Assembly (NCBI GenBank): GCA_040772485.1
Contig: JAXGYC010000010.1
Coordinates: forward strand, 352,001-416,000
DNA length: 64,000 bases
From: Sedimentisphaerales bacterium
GTDB lineage: Bacteria; Planctomycetota; Phycisphaerae; Sedimentisphaerales; Anaerobacaceae
Reading direction: 5' to 3'
Shown: one piece after another, positions 39,780-49,248 of the stretch
How the letters are laid out: every line of letters starts with the position of its first letter
Numbering within the stretch: the stretch's first letter is position 1
The notes under the pieces: model-generated
Seen by the model: the letters and a program-made list of their open reading frames with translations, nothing else
What the model was told of the DNA's origin: nothing
The model's database searches: none
Program-made: the position numbers and the translations under genes

Positions 39780-41572
39780 GATCGGCTCCTTTCGAGGACG
39801 TCGGTCAACTGCGTCACGAGGGCCTGTTCCTGACGCTCGGTGAGGTCCAGCATCTCCCGAAGGGCGATGGCGACGTGGGGAATGTATTTCTGGATATAGG
39901 CTTTCTTCTTTTCCGATTCGGCGGCTTTGCGTCGCCGGCGGATGAACACCGCCAGCCGCCGGCCGCACTCCTGCAGCGCCAGCCGGACCTCCTTGATGAT
40001 CTCCGGGTAGTGCGCCACCGCCTCCTTGCTCTCGGAGGTGAACGGCACCCAGACCGACGCCATGTGCACGAGGATGACCAGCGGGCCTGAGGGCAGCGCG
40101 CCGTTGGCCTGCTGGAGGGCGTAGTTGCGCCAGTCCGTGGAGATCACCGACTTGGTCATCGCGCAGGCCGACTGCTGATAGAGCAGAGGCACGCGGTTGG
40201 CGTAGCGCAGCACGCGCGCCAGCCCGTCGGCCTCCAGCGAGCCGCCATAGGCGAGCCCGGCCTCAATCTGAAACGGATTGCCGCGATAGACGGAGGGTGG
40301 ACGCGTCACGGCGGTGTAGAAATCCGCCTCGATCTGCGTCTTGAGACCCGCCAGAATCAGCTCCTCGCCGATCGGGCTGAGACAATCGGTCGGCGGGTTC
40401 ATGATCTTCGTGTGGTTGATCGCTTTGAAGAGATTGTCCGCCTCCTGCCGGGCAATGCGCGAGGGCCGGGCCCGCTCGTAGAGTTTGGCGGCCTCGCAGA
40501 TCTGCCTGGCCACGCGCATGCTGACGCGGGAGAAGTCCGTGTGCAGAAAGGACTGGAGCGTCTGCGCCTTGGTGTCGTGGAGCATCTTGATGAGCACGCC
40601 CAGCTCGACGCCGTATGGGTGCGGCTTGATCTCCCGCGTCTCGACGGGCAACTGGTCCGTGGCCCGCTTGTAGTCCTTCACCTCGCCCTCGGGCGTGACG
40701 AACTGGAGCGAGACGTGCGGGTTGGCGATGGCGGTCTGTTCGAGGTACTCCTCCACCGACTGGCGGCCCTTCTGATACTTGGCTTCCAGTTCGATCTCGA
40801 CCTTGGTGCCGCGCTCGACGGGCCATTCGATCGTCTCATCGACGATGATTCGCGGCTCGTTCTTCTTGGTGTCGATCTCCAGTTCGTAGTGGTGAGCCGG
40901 CTTGTTGCGGCTGGTCTTCGACGTGATGGAAACGGGCTTGCCCGTGGTAAGCTGGCCGTACATGCCGGCCGCCGAGATGCCGATCCCCTGCTGGCCGCGC
41001 GACATCTTGAGCCGGTGGAACTTCGAGCCGTACAGCAGCTTCGCGAAGATCTTGGGAATCTGCGTCTTGACGATGCCCGGGCCGTTGTCCTCGATCGTCA
41101 CGCGGAAGCGATCCTCCTCCGAGCCGGGCGCGACGATCACCTTGACCTCGGGCAGGATGCCCCCTTCCTCACAGGCGTCGAGGGAGTTGTCCACGCCCTC
41201 CTTGATCGTCGTCAGCAGCGCCTTTCGCGGATTGTCGAAGCCGAGCAGGTGGCGGTTCTTGGTGAAGAACTCGGCCACCGAAATCTCGCGTTGGCCGCGA
41301 GCCATGTCCTCGGCGGTTGCGCGGCGGGCCGGCTGCTTCGTCGCTGGTCGCTCGTCGCTCGGGACGGGTGGCTCAGGCAGCGGCTCCGGCGTCGGGATCG
41401 GCTCGGGTTCCGCCTTTCTGCCCTTCCGTACCGCCTTTTTCGCAACCTTCCTGGCGGTCTTCTTCGGCGCCTTCTTTACCGTCTTCTTGACGAGCTTCCG
41501 TGCGCCCTTCTTGTGCTTCGTATGAACCGCCCCGGCTTTCGTCGCGGCGGCCTTCTTCCTGGCTTTTCCCAT
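39776..41572 (-). CDS. top6B: DNA topoisomerase VI subunit B
   Basis: ISVAEFF.KNRHLLGF, KEGVDNSLDA, EDNGPGI, SRGQQGIGIS (GHKL), RYANRVPLL and VPFTSESKE motifs. Confidence 0.95.
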   Translation of the reverse strand: MGKARKKAAATKAGAVHTKHKKGARKLVKKTVKKAPKKTARKVAKKAVRKGRKAEPEPIPTPEPLPEPPVPSDERPATKQPARRATAEDMARGQREISVAEFFTKNRHLLGFDNPRKALLTTIKEGVDNSLDACEEGGILPEVKVIVAPGSEEDRFRVTIEDNGPGIVKTQIPKIFAKLLYGSKFHRLKMSRGQQGIGISAAGMYGQLTTGKPVSITSKTSRNKPAHHYELEIDTKKNEPRIIVDETIEWPVERGTKVEIELEAKYQKGRQSVEEYLEQTAIANPHVSLQFVTPEGEVKDYKRATDQLPVETREIKPHPYGVELGVLIKMLHDTKAQTLQSFLHTDFSRVSMRVARQICEAAKLYERARPSRIARQEADNLFKAINHTKIMNPPTDCLSPIGEELILAGLKTQIEADFYTAVTRPPSVYRGNPFQIEAGLAYGGSLEADGLARVLRYANRVPLLYQQSACAMTKSVISTDWRNYALQQANGALPSGPLVILVHMASVWVPFTSESKEAVAHYPEIIKEVRLALQECGRRLAVFIRRRRKAAESEKKKAYIQKYIPHVAIALREMLDLTERQEQALVTQLTDVLERSRS

Positions 41573-41593
41573 CCATTCCCTTCCTTGGACACC

Positions 41594-42784
41594 CTATGCT
41601 CTGTCGTATTGCGGGATCGGGAGCGTCTCGCCGTCCTTGAGCGCCGACTGGTGCGCGACGACCCCTGGGACGGTCATCGCGAGGGCCTCACAGACGTTGA
41701 CGAGCGGCTCGCGGTCTTCGAGGATCGCGGTGATGAACTCGTTGGCCAGCGGTCCGTGCGAGCCTCCGTGCCCGCCGGCGGGCATGCGGGGCGGCAGCGC
41801 CGGCACCGCGATGTCCGGCAGGTCTTTCAACAGGCCGTGATACTCTGTGTCCTGCATCCAACCACGCTGGCCGTAGACGCGACCGGTCTCGACGACCACG
41901 TCCTGCACGCCCATGCACATGAGCATGCGCGAGGCGCCGCCTTCGCTCGTCTGGAACAACGCGATCTCGTCGCTGTACGGATTGTCGTACTTGTTGGCGC
42001 CCGGCCTGTTGGACGGCAGACCCGCGTCGAAACCGATGCACGAGACGGAGGTGAACCGCCCGCCGGAGACGCCGACGTAATAGGCGGTCGAATGAGTCGG
42101 ATACCACAGCGGAGGCGAGCCGATGCGCCAGCCGTTGAACGACGGAATCGGGGTGGGACAGAAATGGAAGTACTCGCCTTCGGAGTACACGAGCTTGCCG
42201 AAGCCTCCGGCCCGGTAGATCTGCCGCATCGCGCAGCAGTCCGCGCGGTAGTAGCTCGTCTCGGCCATCATGTACTTCAGGCCGGTCTTCCGAACCGTCT
42301 CGACGAGTTGCTCGGCCTGCTCGATCGAGCCCCACACCGCCGGCACCGCCGTCATCACGTGCTTACCGTGATGGAGCGCTTCCATGCAGTGCTTGGCGTG
42401 GTTCGGCGCATCGGTGGCGACGAAGACCGCCTCGATCTTCGGGTCCTTGACCAGCACCTCCAGCGACTCGTACGACTTCTCGCAGCGGCACGCCTGCATC
42501 AGTCCCGCGCGCCGCTCGGCGATCAGATCGCTGACCGCGACGATCTCGACGTTCGGATGGTCCTGGAAGCCGAAGGCGGCGCCGAACTGGCAGACGCCGT
42601 AGCCGACGATGCCCACGCGCACCTTCCGATCGGACACCGGCTGCCAGACCTTCTCCGCGGATCGCTGGTTGCCCCTGGCGGCGCCGGTGGAAAGGCTCGC
42701 CGCCGCTGTCGCTCCGAGCGAAAGCCGGCCCAACGTTTCGAGAAAATCGCGGCGGTCCATCGGTCCCAATCCAGCAGTCGACAT
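41594..42784 (-). CDS. Gfo/Idh/MocA oxidoreductase with Tat signal
   Basis: DRRDFL Tat motif; GIVGYG, YMMAET, YPTH and GGHGGSH motifs. Confidence 0.88.
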   Translation of the reverse strand: MSTAGLGPMDRRDFLETLGRLSLGATAAASLSTGAARGNQRSAEKVWQPVSDRKVRVGIVGYGVCQFGAAFGFQDHPNVEIVAVSDLIAERRAGLMQACRCEKSYESLEVLVKDPKIEAVFVATDAPNHAKHCMEALHHGKHVMTAVPAVWGSIEQAEQLVETVRKTGLKYMMAETSYYRADCCAMRQIYRAGGFGKLVYSEGEYFHFCPTPIPSFNGWRIGSPPLWYPTHSTAYYVGVSGGRFTSVSCIGFDAGLPSNRPGANKYDNPYSDEIALFQTSEGGASRMLMCMGVQDVVVETGRVYGQRGWMQDTEYHGLLKDLPDIAVPALPPRMPAGGHGGSHGPLANEFITAILEDREPLVNVCEALAMTVPGVVAHQSALKDGETLPIPQYDRA

Positions 42785-42961
42785 CGGTCAGCCTCCTTCA
42801 TTACAGGCAGTATGTGAACCGGCCGCAGCACACGTGCGGCTCGCAGTCCGGCCTGCCCATTCTACGCCGATTCGGCGTACCGCGCCAAGAAGTCATGCCC
42901 AAGAGGGTGCACGACCGCTTCTGCGAGGCTCGCTTGGGCACCCTGCAGAAGCACGAATGAC

Positions 42962-42989
42962 GTAGGGGCGAATGATTATTCGCCCCTAC
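42962..42989. repeat. GTAG-type REP palindrome (family E)
   Basis: GTAGGGGCGAAT-GATT-ATTCGCCCCTAC. Confidence 0.75.
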
Positions 42990-42994
42990 CGGGT

Positions 42995-43102
42995 TCTTCG
43001 CATTGGGCACCTTTTGGTGTCTACGAACATCCAAGGCCACCATCTCCAAACGCTGCGCGTTTGAGGCTGCCACACACATGCCAGGATGTTCTGACACACA
43101 CC
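42995..43102. repeat. Family A element, copy 4 (left arm missing)
   Basis: Collinear with 7662-7769 (TCTTCGCATTGG..CACC....GGTGT...CGCTGCGCGTTTGAGGCTGCCACAC.CATGCCAGGATGT). Confidence 0.8.
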
Positions 43103-43125
43103 GAAGACCAAGCGATCCGGTATCT

Positions 43126-44460
43126 CTACCGGGCCTGGCGCCGGTAGGTCTCTTTCATGACCAGCGTGCAGGCCAGAGCCAGGACCGATGCAATCAGCAG
43201 CACGAGGAGTACAACGCGATAGCCGGCGAGGGGGTATCCGGCATCGGGAGCGTGGGGATAGGCGTCCAATATCCGTCCGAGCAGCCACATGAACACCGCG
43301 CCTCCGAAGAACGGGAACAGGTTCACCGTTCCGACAGAGGTCCCTGCCATCGCGACGGGAAACAGCTCCTTGGTCGTGGTGAAGCCCATGATCACAATGG
43401 CGGACGAGAACACCGAGAACAGGAAGAACCACACGAAGAGCGCCCAGTGCGGCAGGCTCGCGGGCCGCATGACCACCAGCAGCATCAGCAACGTGAGAAT
43501 CGCCGAAGCGAGGATGAACACCCGCTTGCGACTGTGCAGCAGTCGCTCGGACAGCAGGCCCAGCAGCGGACTGCCGACGATCATGCCCCAGGCGAGCATG
43601 CTCAGGACCGCTCCGGCCTGGCCTTTGCTCATGCCGTAGACGTGCATGAGATACGGACCGCTCCAGAGACCGCCGAACCCGAAGAAGATGCCGCAATCGA
43701 AGAAGAACCAGATGGCCACCGGCCAGAAATGTGTCGTGGCGACCACACGCTTGGCGCCGGCAAAGAGACCGATGTTCGCAGTGGCACCGTCAGGCGTTTC
43801 GTGCGGCGCCTTTGTGGACACACTCCCGTCGCCCGTCGGCGCGATCGAAGGCCAGCCCTTGTCAGAAGGCCGGTCGCGGACGATGAGCCAGACCAGGGCC
43901 ATCAGCAGCAGGCTCGCCCCTCCGATCACCTGAAATGAGACGCGCCACCCGAACCATGTGGCCAGCAGGCCGAGAAGCCACGTCCCCGCCAGCACGCCCA
44001 CGCCCCCGACGGCGTTGAGGATTCCGGCCATCACGGCGAACTCGCCGGCCCGGAACCACTGCGAGAGGATCTTCATGGTGGGGATGAAGACCATCGAGAC
44101 GCCCAGTCCGACCGCCACCCGTGCGGCAAAGGCGGTGCGGATGCCCGGCGCCAGGCCGAAGAACACGCTGCCGGCCGCCGCCAGCAGCAGAGAGACGGTG
44201 ACGGTCTTGCGGGGTCCGACGGAATCGGCCAGCAGGCCCGCCGGAAACTGCATCGCCGCGTAACAGTAGAAGTACACCGAGCCGAGCAGACCCAGGACGC
44301 CCGCCGCGACGTCGAAATCGGCCGCCAGATCGTCCGCGACAACGGACAGCGAAAGCCGATGGAAGTAGACGAAGAAATACGCCAGCCCGAGCACCGCGAA
44401 GATCGCCCAGCGGTAGACCATCATCCTCCGCTCATGCGGCGTCTCTGCCACCGGACCCAT
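43126..44460 (-). CDS. MFS transporter
   Basis: G.LADSVGPRK motif A and about 12 TM helices. Start is uncertain (44421-44496). Confidence 0.9.
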   Translation of the reverse strand: MGPVAETPHERRMMVYRWAIFAVLGLAYFFVYFHRLSLSVVADDLAADFDVAAGVLGLLGSVYFYCYAAMQFPAGLLADSVGPRKTVTVSLLLAAAGSVFFGLAPGIRTAFAARVAVGLGVSMVFIPTMKILSQWFRAGEFAVMAGILNAVGGVGVLAGTWLLGLLATWFGWRVSFQVIGGASLLLMALVWLIVRDRPSDKGWPSIAPTGDGSVSTKAPHETPDGATANIGLFAGAKRVVATTHFWPVAIWFFFDCGIFFGFGGLWSGPYLMHVYGMSKGQAGAVLSMLAWGMIVGSPLLGLLSERLLHSRKRVFILASAILTLLMLLVVMRPASLPHWALFVWFFLFSVFSSAIVIMGFTTTKELFPVAMAGTSVGTVNLFPFFGGAVFMWLLGRILDAYPHAPDAGYPLAGYRVVLLVLLIASVLALACTLVMKETYRRQAR

Positions 44461-44671
44461 CGTCTGTAGCGTCACAGGCTCACATCCTTCCCGCATTCAA
44501 GAGACTGGAGGCCGTAGGCTGGAGGCTGTAGGAGTCCTTCCAGCCTCCCGGCTCGTTCGTCCCATTCTACAGAGGCCTGTCACCCGGCGCCAACCATTCG
44601 CATGATACGATTACCCGTCTCGCTATGGCGTGTGGAAGAAGCCCCCGCGGGTCTGGAAGATGGGGTTCGGC

Positions 44672-44789
44672 GTAGGGGCGAAGCATGCTTCGCCCTTGCC
44701 CCATTCTCTTGGGCATACGACGGACAACCCACTCGCAGTGACGCCATCTGGCGTTCCGTTCGTGAGGGCGAGGCATGCCTCGCCCCTAC
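44672..44789. repeat. REPIN-like pair of inverted GTAG REPs (family E)
   Basis: GTAGGGGCGAAGCATGCTTCGCCCT (44672-44696) and AGGGCGAGGCATGCCTCGCCCCTAC (44765-44789). Confidence 0.8.
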
Positions 44790-44819
44790 AGCGCGCTATG
44801 AACAGCGCTTCTGATTCTC

Positions 44820-44860
44820 AGCCAGATTCCTCCACTGCGCTTCGCCGCGGTCGAAATACC
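44820..44860. repeat. Family F repeat half
   Basis: AGCCAGATTCCTCCAC is identical to 52786-52801, with similar downstream sequence. Confidence 0.65.
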
Positions 44861-44884
44861 ATAACCCCACAGGGCCGCCCTGTC

Positions 44885-46897
44885 CTACCGGCGTTGGGGC
44901 TGGCCGGGGTCGAACGGCTTGTTGACGTGAATATACTCGATCAGAGGGTGAGATGCCTTGAAATCGCTGACCGTCTGCGGAGCGATGGGGTTGTCGGTTT
45001 CAAGAAGGAGGGACTCCAGAGACGGCGGGCCCGTCAGGGACGAAAGGGCCGCATCGGGTATATTGCCGCCGATCCTCAGACTCCGCAGCGCCGGCAGGCC
45101 GTTCAGGTGCGCCAGGTTCTCGCCCGTGCAGTTCGAGAGGTTGAGGACCCACAGGGTTCGTAGCGCACGCAATCCTCCGAGATACCGCAAGTATGATCCC
45201 GGCAGAGGGGTCGTCGACTGGATCATCAACGTCTCAACCGAACGCCAGTTCTTGAGAAAGGCCAGGTCCTCATCGTGCAGAGGCAGGCCGGCTATGTAGA
45301 ACTCCTTCACCGCGCTCAATCCGGACAGGTCCAGTGTCCCTTCATCAGCCTCGGCGAGCCGGGCCATGTCGCCCCAGGGGCCGTGAACGTTCAGGGACTC
45401 CAGATTCGACAGTCCATTCAGACGGTTCAGGCTGCTGCGCGTCAGGACATGCATGGCCAGACGCTCCAACTGTTTCAGCTTGCCGATGGACGCCAGACCG
45501 CCATCGCCCACGCCGGAGCCTGCGATGCTCAAATCTCTTAGATTCGTCAACGGCTCCAGGCTCGCAACGTCGGCGTCGGGCAGTGGATCGCCCGCGTAGA
45601 TCCGAAGTTCCTCCAGCGAACGGAGACTCGCCAGATGGGACAGGCCCGTCGGGCCGTCGTAACCCTGTCGGCGGTCCTTCAGGGTGACGCCGAGACACTT
45701 GAGGTTGCCAAGCGCAGCGACGGTCTTGAGCCCCTCGGCCGAAAGGTAGCTGAGCCCTTCTATGGATTCGAGCTGAGGCATCGTTGCGAGTTGCCGTGCG
45801 ACCTCGTCGCCGTACTGCTGGCCCGGCGGGCCGGCCCACGCATGGCCAAAATCCACCTTCTTGAAGTTCCTGAGGTTCCTCAGATGGGCCACGCCGACCG
45901 GCGTGAGTCTGGGCTGGCCCATGATGAAGTGCAGTTCCTCCAGGCTCTCGATCTTGCTGATCGACGCCAGAGCCGCATCGGTGAGATTGTCCGGACCCCA
46001 GAGCGTCAGGCTCTTGAGCTGTTTGACGCCTTCGAGGTGTTTCATGTGCCGGTCATAGAGTGGGCCGCCGCCCTTGCCGCCCCAGAAACACAGGCGTTCC
46101 AGCTTCGGCAGTCTCGCCAGCTCAGCCAGGCCCGGACCCCACATTCTCCCGCCCACGATGCTCAACCAGCGCAGGCTGGAGACTTGGGCCACCTCTTTGA
46201 GTCCGGTGTCCGTAAGGCCGGTACAGAGGCTCAGGTACTCCAGGTTGGGCAGGTCCTTCAGAACTGCCAGCCCGCGGCTGCCGAGCGGGAACTGCGTCAG
46301 TTCCAGACCCTTGAGAGAGCGCAGGGGTCGCAGATCCTCCAGGCTGCTGTCGGTGACACCCGCGCTCTGGAGGCTCAGCATCTCAAGGCCCGTCAGGTGT
46401 CGAACCGGCTCCAGCAGTTGGGGCTTCGTCCCCGCCCTATCGTACATGGGCGAACCGACCGAAAGCCAGAACAGATCGTTCGGTTCGAGGGCCGCCAGCG
46501 CCGAGAGGTCCTGCGGCCTTTCGCGGGCGCCGTCGGCGATCAGCATCTGGTACGCACGCGGGTTTTCCGTCCGCAGCCGGGCCGCCTCGCGCGGGGTAAG
46601 GTCCAGAAAGACCATCAACTTGATGTTTCGATCATTCGGCGCGCCCACCGGGCCTCGTGCGCGACCAAGGTATTCCCATTCGCCGAGGAACCGCACCCCC
46701 CTCGGGTCCCAACCTGGCCCCGATTCCGGCTCCAGAAACAGATTGCCCACCCACTGGCCAGCCGGAAAGGACAAGGTCCGGGTCCCACCGGGCGACGCCG
46801 CCAACGCCGGAAAGCTCTTTTCCCCGGCATCCAGACCCATGGCAAGCCAAAACAGAGCCAACAAGAACGTAACCATGAACATCCGCCGGCGTTTCAT
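44885..46897 (-). CDS. Secreted leucine-rich repeat protein
   Basis: Signal peptide MKRRRMF... and many L..L..L..L.L....TD.GL repeats. Alternative start at 46912. Confidence 0.88.
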   Translation of the reverse strand: MKRRRMFMVTFLLALFWLAMGLDAGEKSFPALAASPGGTRTLSFPAGQWVGNLFLEPESGPGWDPRGVRFLGEWEYLGRARGPVGAPNDRNIKLMVFLDLTPREAARLRTENPRAYQMLIADGARERPQDLSALAALEPNDLFWLSVGSPMYDRAGTKPQLLEPVRHLTGLEMLSLQSAGVTDSSLEDLRPLRSLKGLELTQFPLGSRGLAVLKDLPNLEYLSLCTGLTDTGLKEVAQVSSLRWLSIVGGRMWGPGLAELARLPKLERLCFWGGKGGGPLYDRHMKHLEGVKQLKSLTLWGPDNLTDAALASISKIESLEELHFIMGQPRLTPVGVAHLRNLRNFKKVDFGHAWAGPPGQQYGDEVARQLATMPQLESIEGLSYLSAEGLKTVAALGNLKCLGVTLKDRRQGYDGPTGLSHLASLRSLEELRIYAGDPLPDADVASLEPLTNLRDLSIAGSGVGDGGLASIGKLKQLERLAMHVLTRSSLNRLNGLSNLESLNVHGPWGDMARLAEADEGTLDLSGLSAVKEFYIAGLPLHDEDLAFLKNWRSVETLMIQSTTPLPGSYLRYLGGLRALRTLWVLNLSNCTGENLAHLNGLPALRSLRIGGNIPDAALSSLTGPPSLESLLLETDNPIAPQTVSDFKASHPLIEYIHVNKPFDPGQPQRR

Positions 46898-46898
46898 A

Positions 46899-47498
46899 TC
46901 AGTCGTCTCCATCGTGCAGTCTTGCGAGCTTCCAGAGGCCCTCAACGCGAACCAAGCGAGTTATCAGAGTGACGGTCTCGCCGGGCGCGCGGCTCGCGCC
47001 GTCCAGAGAGAACTCGGTGTGGACGGTTGCGGTCCAGACGACCGTCGCGGCATTGCCTTCCTCGACCACGTCGGCTAATTCGACGGGCGGGCCGACGTAG
47101 CGAGGGTACGGGCTTTCGTTTGCGTCCGGCACGCCGTCGCAGAAACACCGGGACAAGGCTTCCGTGTCGCTTCGGTCCAGAAGTTCCAGAACGCTGTAGA
47201 CCGCCTGGGCCGGCGTGCTCAGGTCCGGGGCATCGTCTGCGTCAGGTCGGCCAATCCCAAACAGCACAGCAGGCACCGGGCCTGAACGGGCGTCGTCCGT
47301 GCTGCGCAGCTCGCTCACCAGCGGCGTGTCGCCCAGGGTCACCGTCCGCTCGTCCGCCTGGGGCACAGACGCCGCCTCCGGGGGCACGGAGGGTGGACCC
47401 GAGCGGTACAACCAGGCAATCGCCAGTGCGACGCCCGCGATGCCCGCCGCAGCAAATACGACCTTTACGGCTCTCGCCTTGCACCGCTTCGACACCAT
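46899..47498 (-). CDS. Hypothetical membrane-anchored protein (C-terminus NTF2/DUF4878-like)
   Basis: N-terminal TM helix; ends with L.RVEG.WKL; abuts the LRR gene. Confidence 0.65.
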   Translation of the reverse strand: MVSKRCKARAVKVVFAAAGIAGVALAIAWLYRSGPPSVPPEAASVPQADERTVTLGDTPLVSELRSTDDARSGPVPAVLFGIGRPDADDAPDLSTPAQAVYSVLELLDRSDTEALSRCFCDGVPDANESPYPRYVGPPVELADVVEEGNAATVVWTATVHTEFSLDGASRAPGETVTLITRLVRVEGLWKLARLHDGDD

Positions 47499-47613
47499 AA
47501 GCGCTCTCCAATGCCCTTCTATGAGTCGCAGCGGCGACGCCGGCGATACAAGAAAAACACGCCGAAAACAGATTTCCTCGGCAAAGATGCAGGAAAGACA
47601 CATTGCATGCGCC

Positions 47614-47679
47614 GTTCGTAGTGGCGTCGTGAGACGCTATCTTTTCAAGCCCGTATGCCCTCACGGGCACACTACAAAC
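47614..47679. repeat. Family B REP pair (GTTCGTAGTG + 5-bp stem, GTnA loop), inverted
   Basis: GTTCGTAGTG-GCGTC-GTGA-GACGC and inverted GTTTGTAGTG-TGCCC-GTGA-GGGCA. Confidence 0.82.
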
Positions 47680-49216
47680 GGGCGAATCGTTCGGCGACGT
47701 GGAGGGCAGATCTGATGCCGTCGGCGGCGCTGGAGATGATGCCGCCGGCGTAGCCGCTGCCTTCGCCGACGAGGTAGAGGTTCTCGAAGCCGGCGCAGAG
47801 GCCCGTCTTGTCGCGGACCGCCTGGATAGGCGAGGAGGTCTTGCTTTCGAGGCCCAGGATGGCGCCGGTCTCGAAGCCTTTGATCTTGCGGGCGAAATCC
47901 TGAAGCCCCTCGCGAATGGCGTCGCTGATCTGCGAAGGCAGCATCTCCCACAGCGGCGCGGGCTTCAAGCCGAGCGGATAGCTCGATTCGAGGACGTCGG
48001 ACGGCCCTTTTCGCATCACGAAGTCGGTGATGCGGCAGGCGGGCGCGGCGAAGCCGTTGGAGTACTCGTAGAAGCTGTGCTCCAGCGAGCCAAGCCAGTC
48101 GAGCGCCTCGGCCGGCGCGATTGCTCTACCCAGCAGGGATTCGAGATTGACCGCGGCGACGCATGCGGCGTTGGCGAACCGCCCGGCCCGGCGATAGTGG
48201 CTCATGCCGTTGACGATGTTTGTGTCCGCGTAGGCGGTCGCCGGGATCACCGCCCCGCCTGGACACATGCAGAACGTATAAACAGGCAGGCACCCCGCGT
48301 CATTGAACGTCAGGCGATATTCGGCGGCCTTGACGCCGGGCAGGCTCGCCCGGCCCCATTGGGCGAGGTTGATCAGCTCCTGCGGATGCTCGACCCGGCT
48401 GCCGATGGCGAAATTCTTCGTGCGAAACGGCACCCCCCTGCCGATCAACATGCGATAGGTCTCGTAGGCCGAGTGGCCGGGGGCGATGAGGAAGCAGTCC
48501 GCTTCGATCCCGCCCGACGAGGTGACGGCCTCGACGACGCGGCCCCTTTCGATGGTCAGGTCTTCGAGCATCGTATCGAACAGCATCCGGCCGCCGAGAG
48601 CGAGGAACTCCTCGCGCAGTCGTTTGACGATCCGCCGGAGGTTGTCGCTGCCGAGATGCGGATGGGCCATGTACGCGATCTCCTCGGGCGCGCCGGCGCG
48701 GATGTAGCTGGCGAGAATGAACTGCCGCTCCGACCCGATGTGCTTGCTTCGCGAGGTGAGCTTGCCGTCGGAGAAGGCCCCTGCCCCGCCTTCGCCAAAG
48801 GCATAATTGCAGGAAGGGTTGAACGCGCCCGTCTTCTCGAACGTGCGAATGCCCTCGGCCCGCGTCTCGACGTCGGAACCCCGCTCGATGAGCGTGACGT
48901 GGACGCCCGCCTTCTGGAGGACCAGTGCTGCAAAGAAGCCGGCGGGGCCGGAGCCGACAACCACGGCCCTCCGCCCCGGCGCAACCTGCGGAATAGACAG
49001 AGGCGCAGGCGTCTCGGGAGCGCCGCCCTCGATCTGCTCCGAAGCCACCCCGACGCGGACGAGCCAGTGGATGTCGCTCTTGCGGCAGGCGTCGAGGCTC
49101 TGGTGCTCGATCGTGTACGAGAACTCCGACAGCGACAGCGCCCTGCCGATCCGCTCGCGGAGCGTCTCGTCGCTGTAGTCGGTGGGGAGCTTCAGTGAAA
49201 TCGCCCGGTATCCCAT
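47672..49216 (-). CDS. Uncharacterised NAD(P)/FAD-dependent oxidoreductase (COG2509-like)
   Basis: VVGSGPAG, FGEGGAG.FSDGKL, HLGSD, TFCMCPGG and GEGSGYAGGI.S.A.DG motifs. Confidence 0.88.
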   Translation of the reverse strand: MGYRAISLKLPTDYSDETLRERIGRALSLSEFSYTIEHQSLDACRKSDIHWLVRVGVASEQIEGGAPETPAPLSIPQVAPGRRAVVVGSGPAGFFAALVLQKAGVHVTLIERGSDVETRAEGIRTFEKTGAFNPSCNYAFGEGGAGAFSDGKLTSRSKHIGSERQFILASYIRAGAPEEIAYMAHPHLGSDNLRRIVKRLREEFLALGGRMLFDTMLEDLTIERGRVVEAVTSSGGIEADCFLIAPGHSAYETYRMLIGRGVPFRTKNFAIGSRVEHPQELINLAQWGRASLPGVKAAEYRLTFNDAGCLPVYTFCMCPGGAVIPATAYADTNIVNGMSHYRRAGRFANAACVAAVNLESLLGRAIAPAEALDWLGSLEHSFYEYSNGFAAPACRITDFVMRKGPSDVLESSYPLGLKPAPLWEMLPSQISDAIREGLQDFARKIKGFETGAILGLESKTSSPIQAVRDKTGLCAGFENLYLVGEGSGYAGGIISSAADGIRSALHVAERFARL

Positions 49217-49248
49217 GCGAAAGCCACCTTGCGATTGAACGCGGATTC

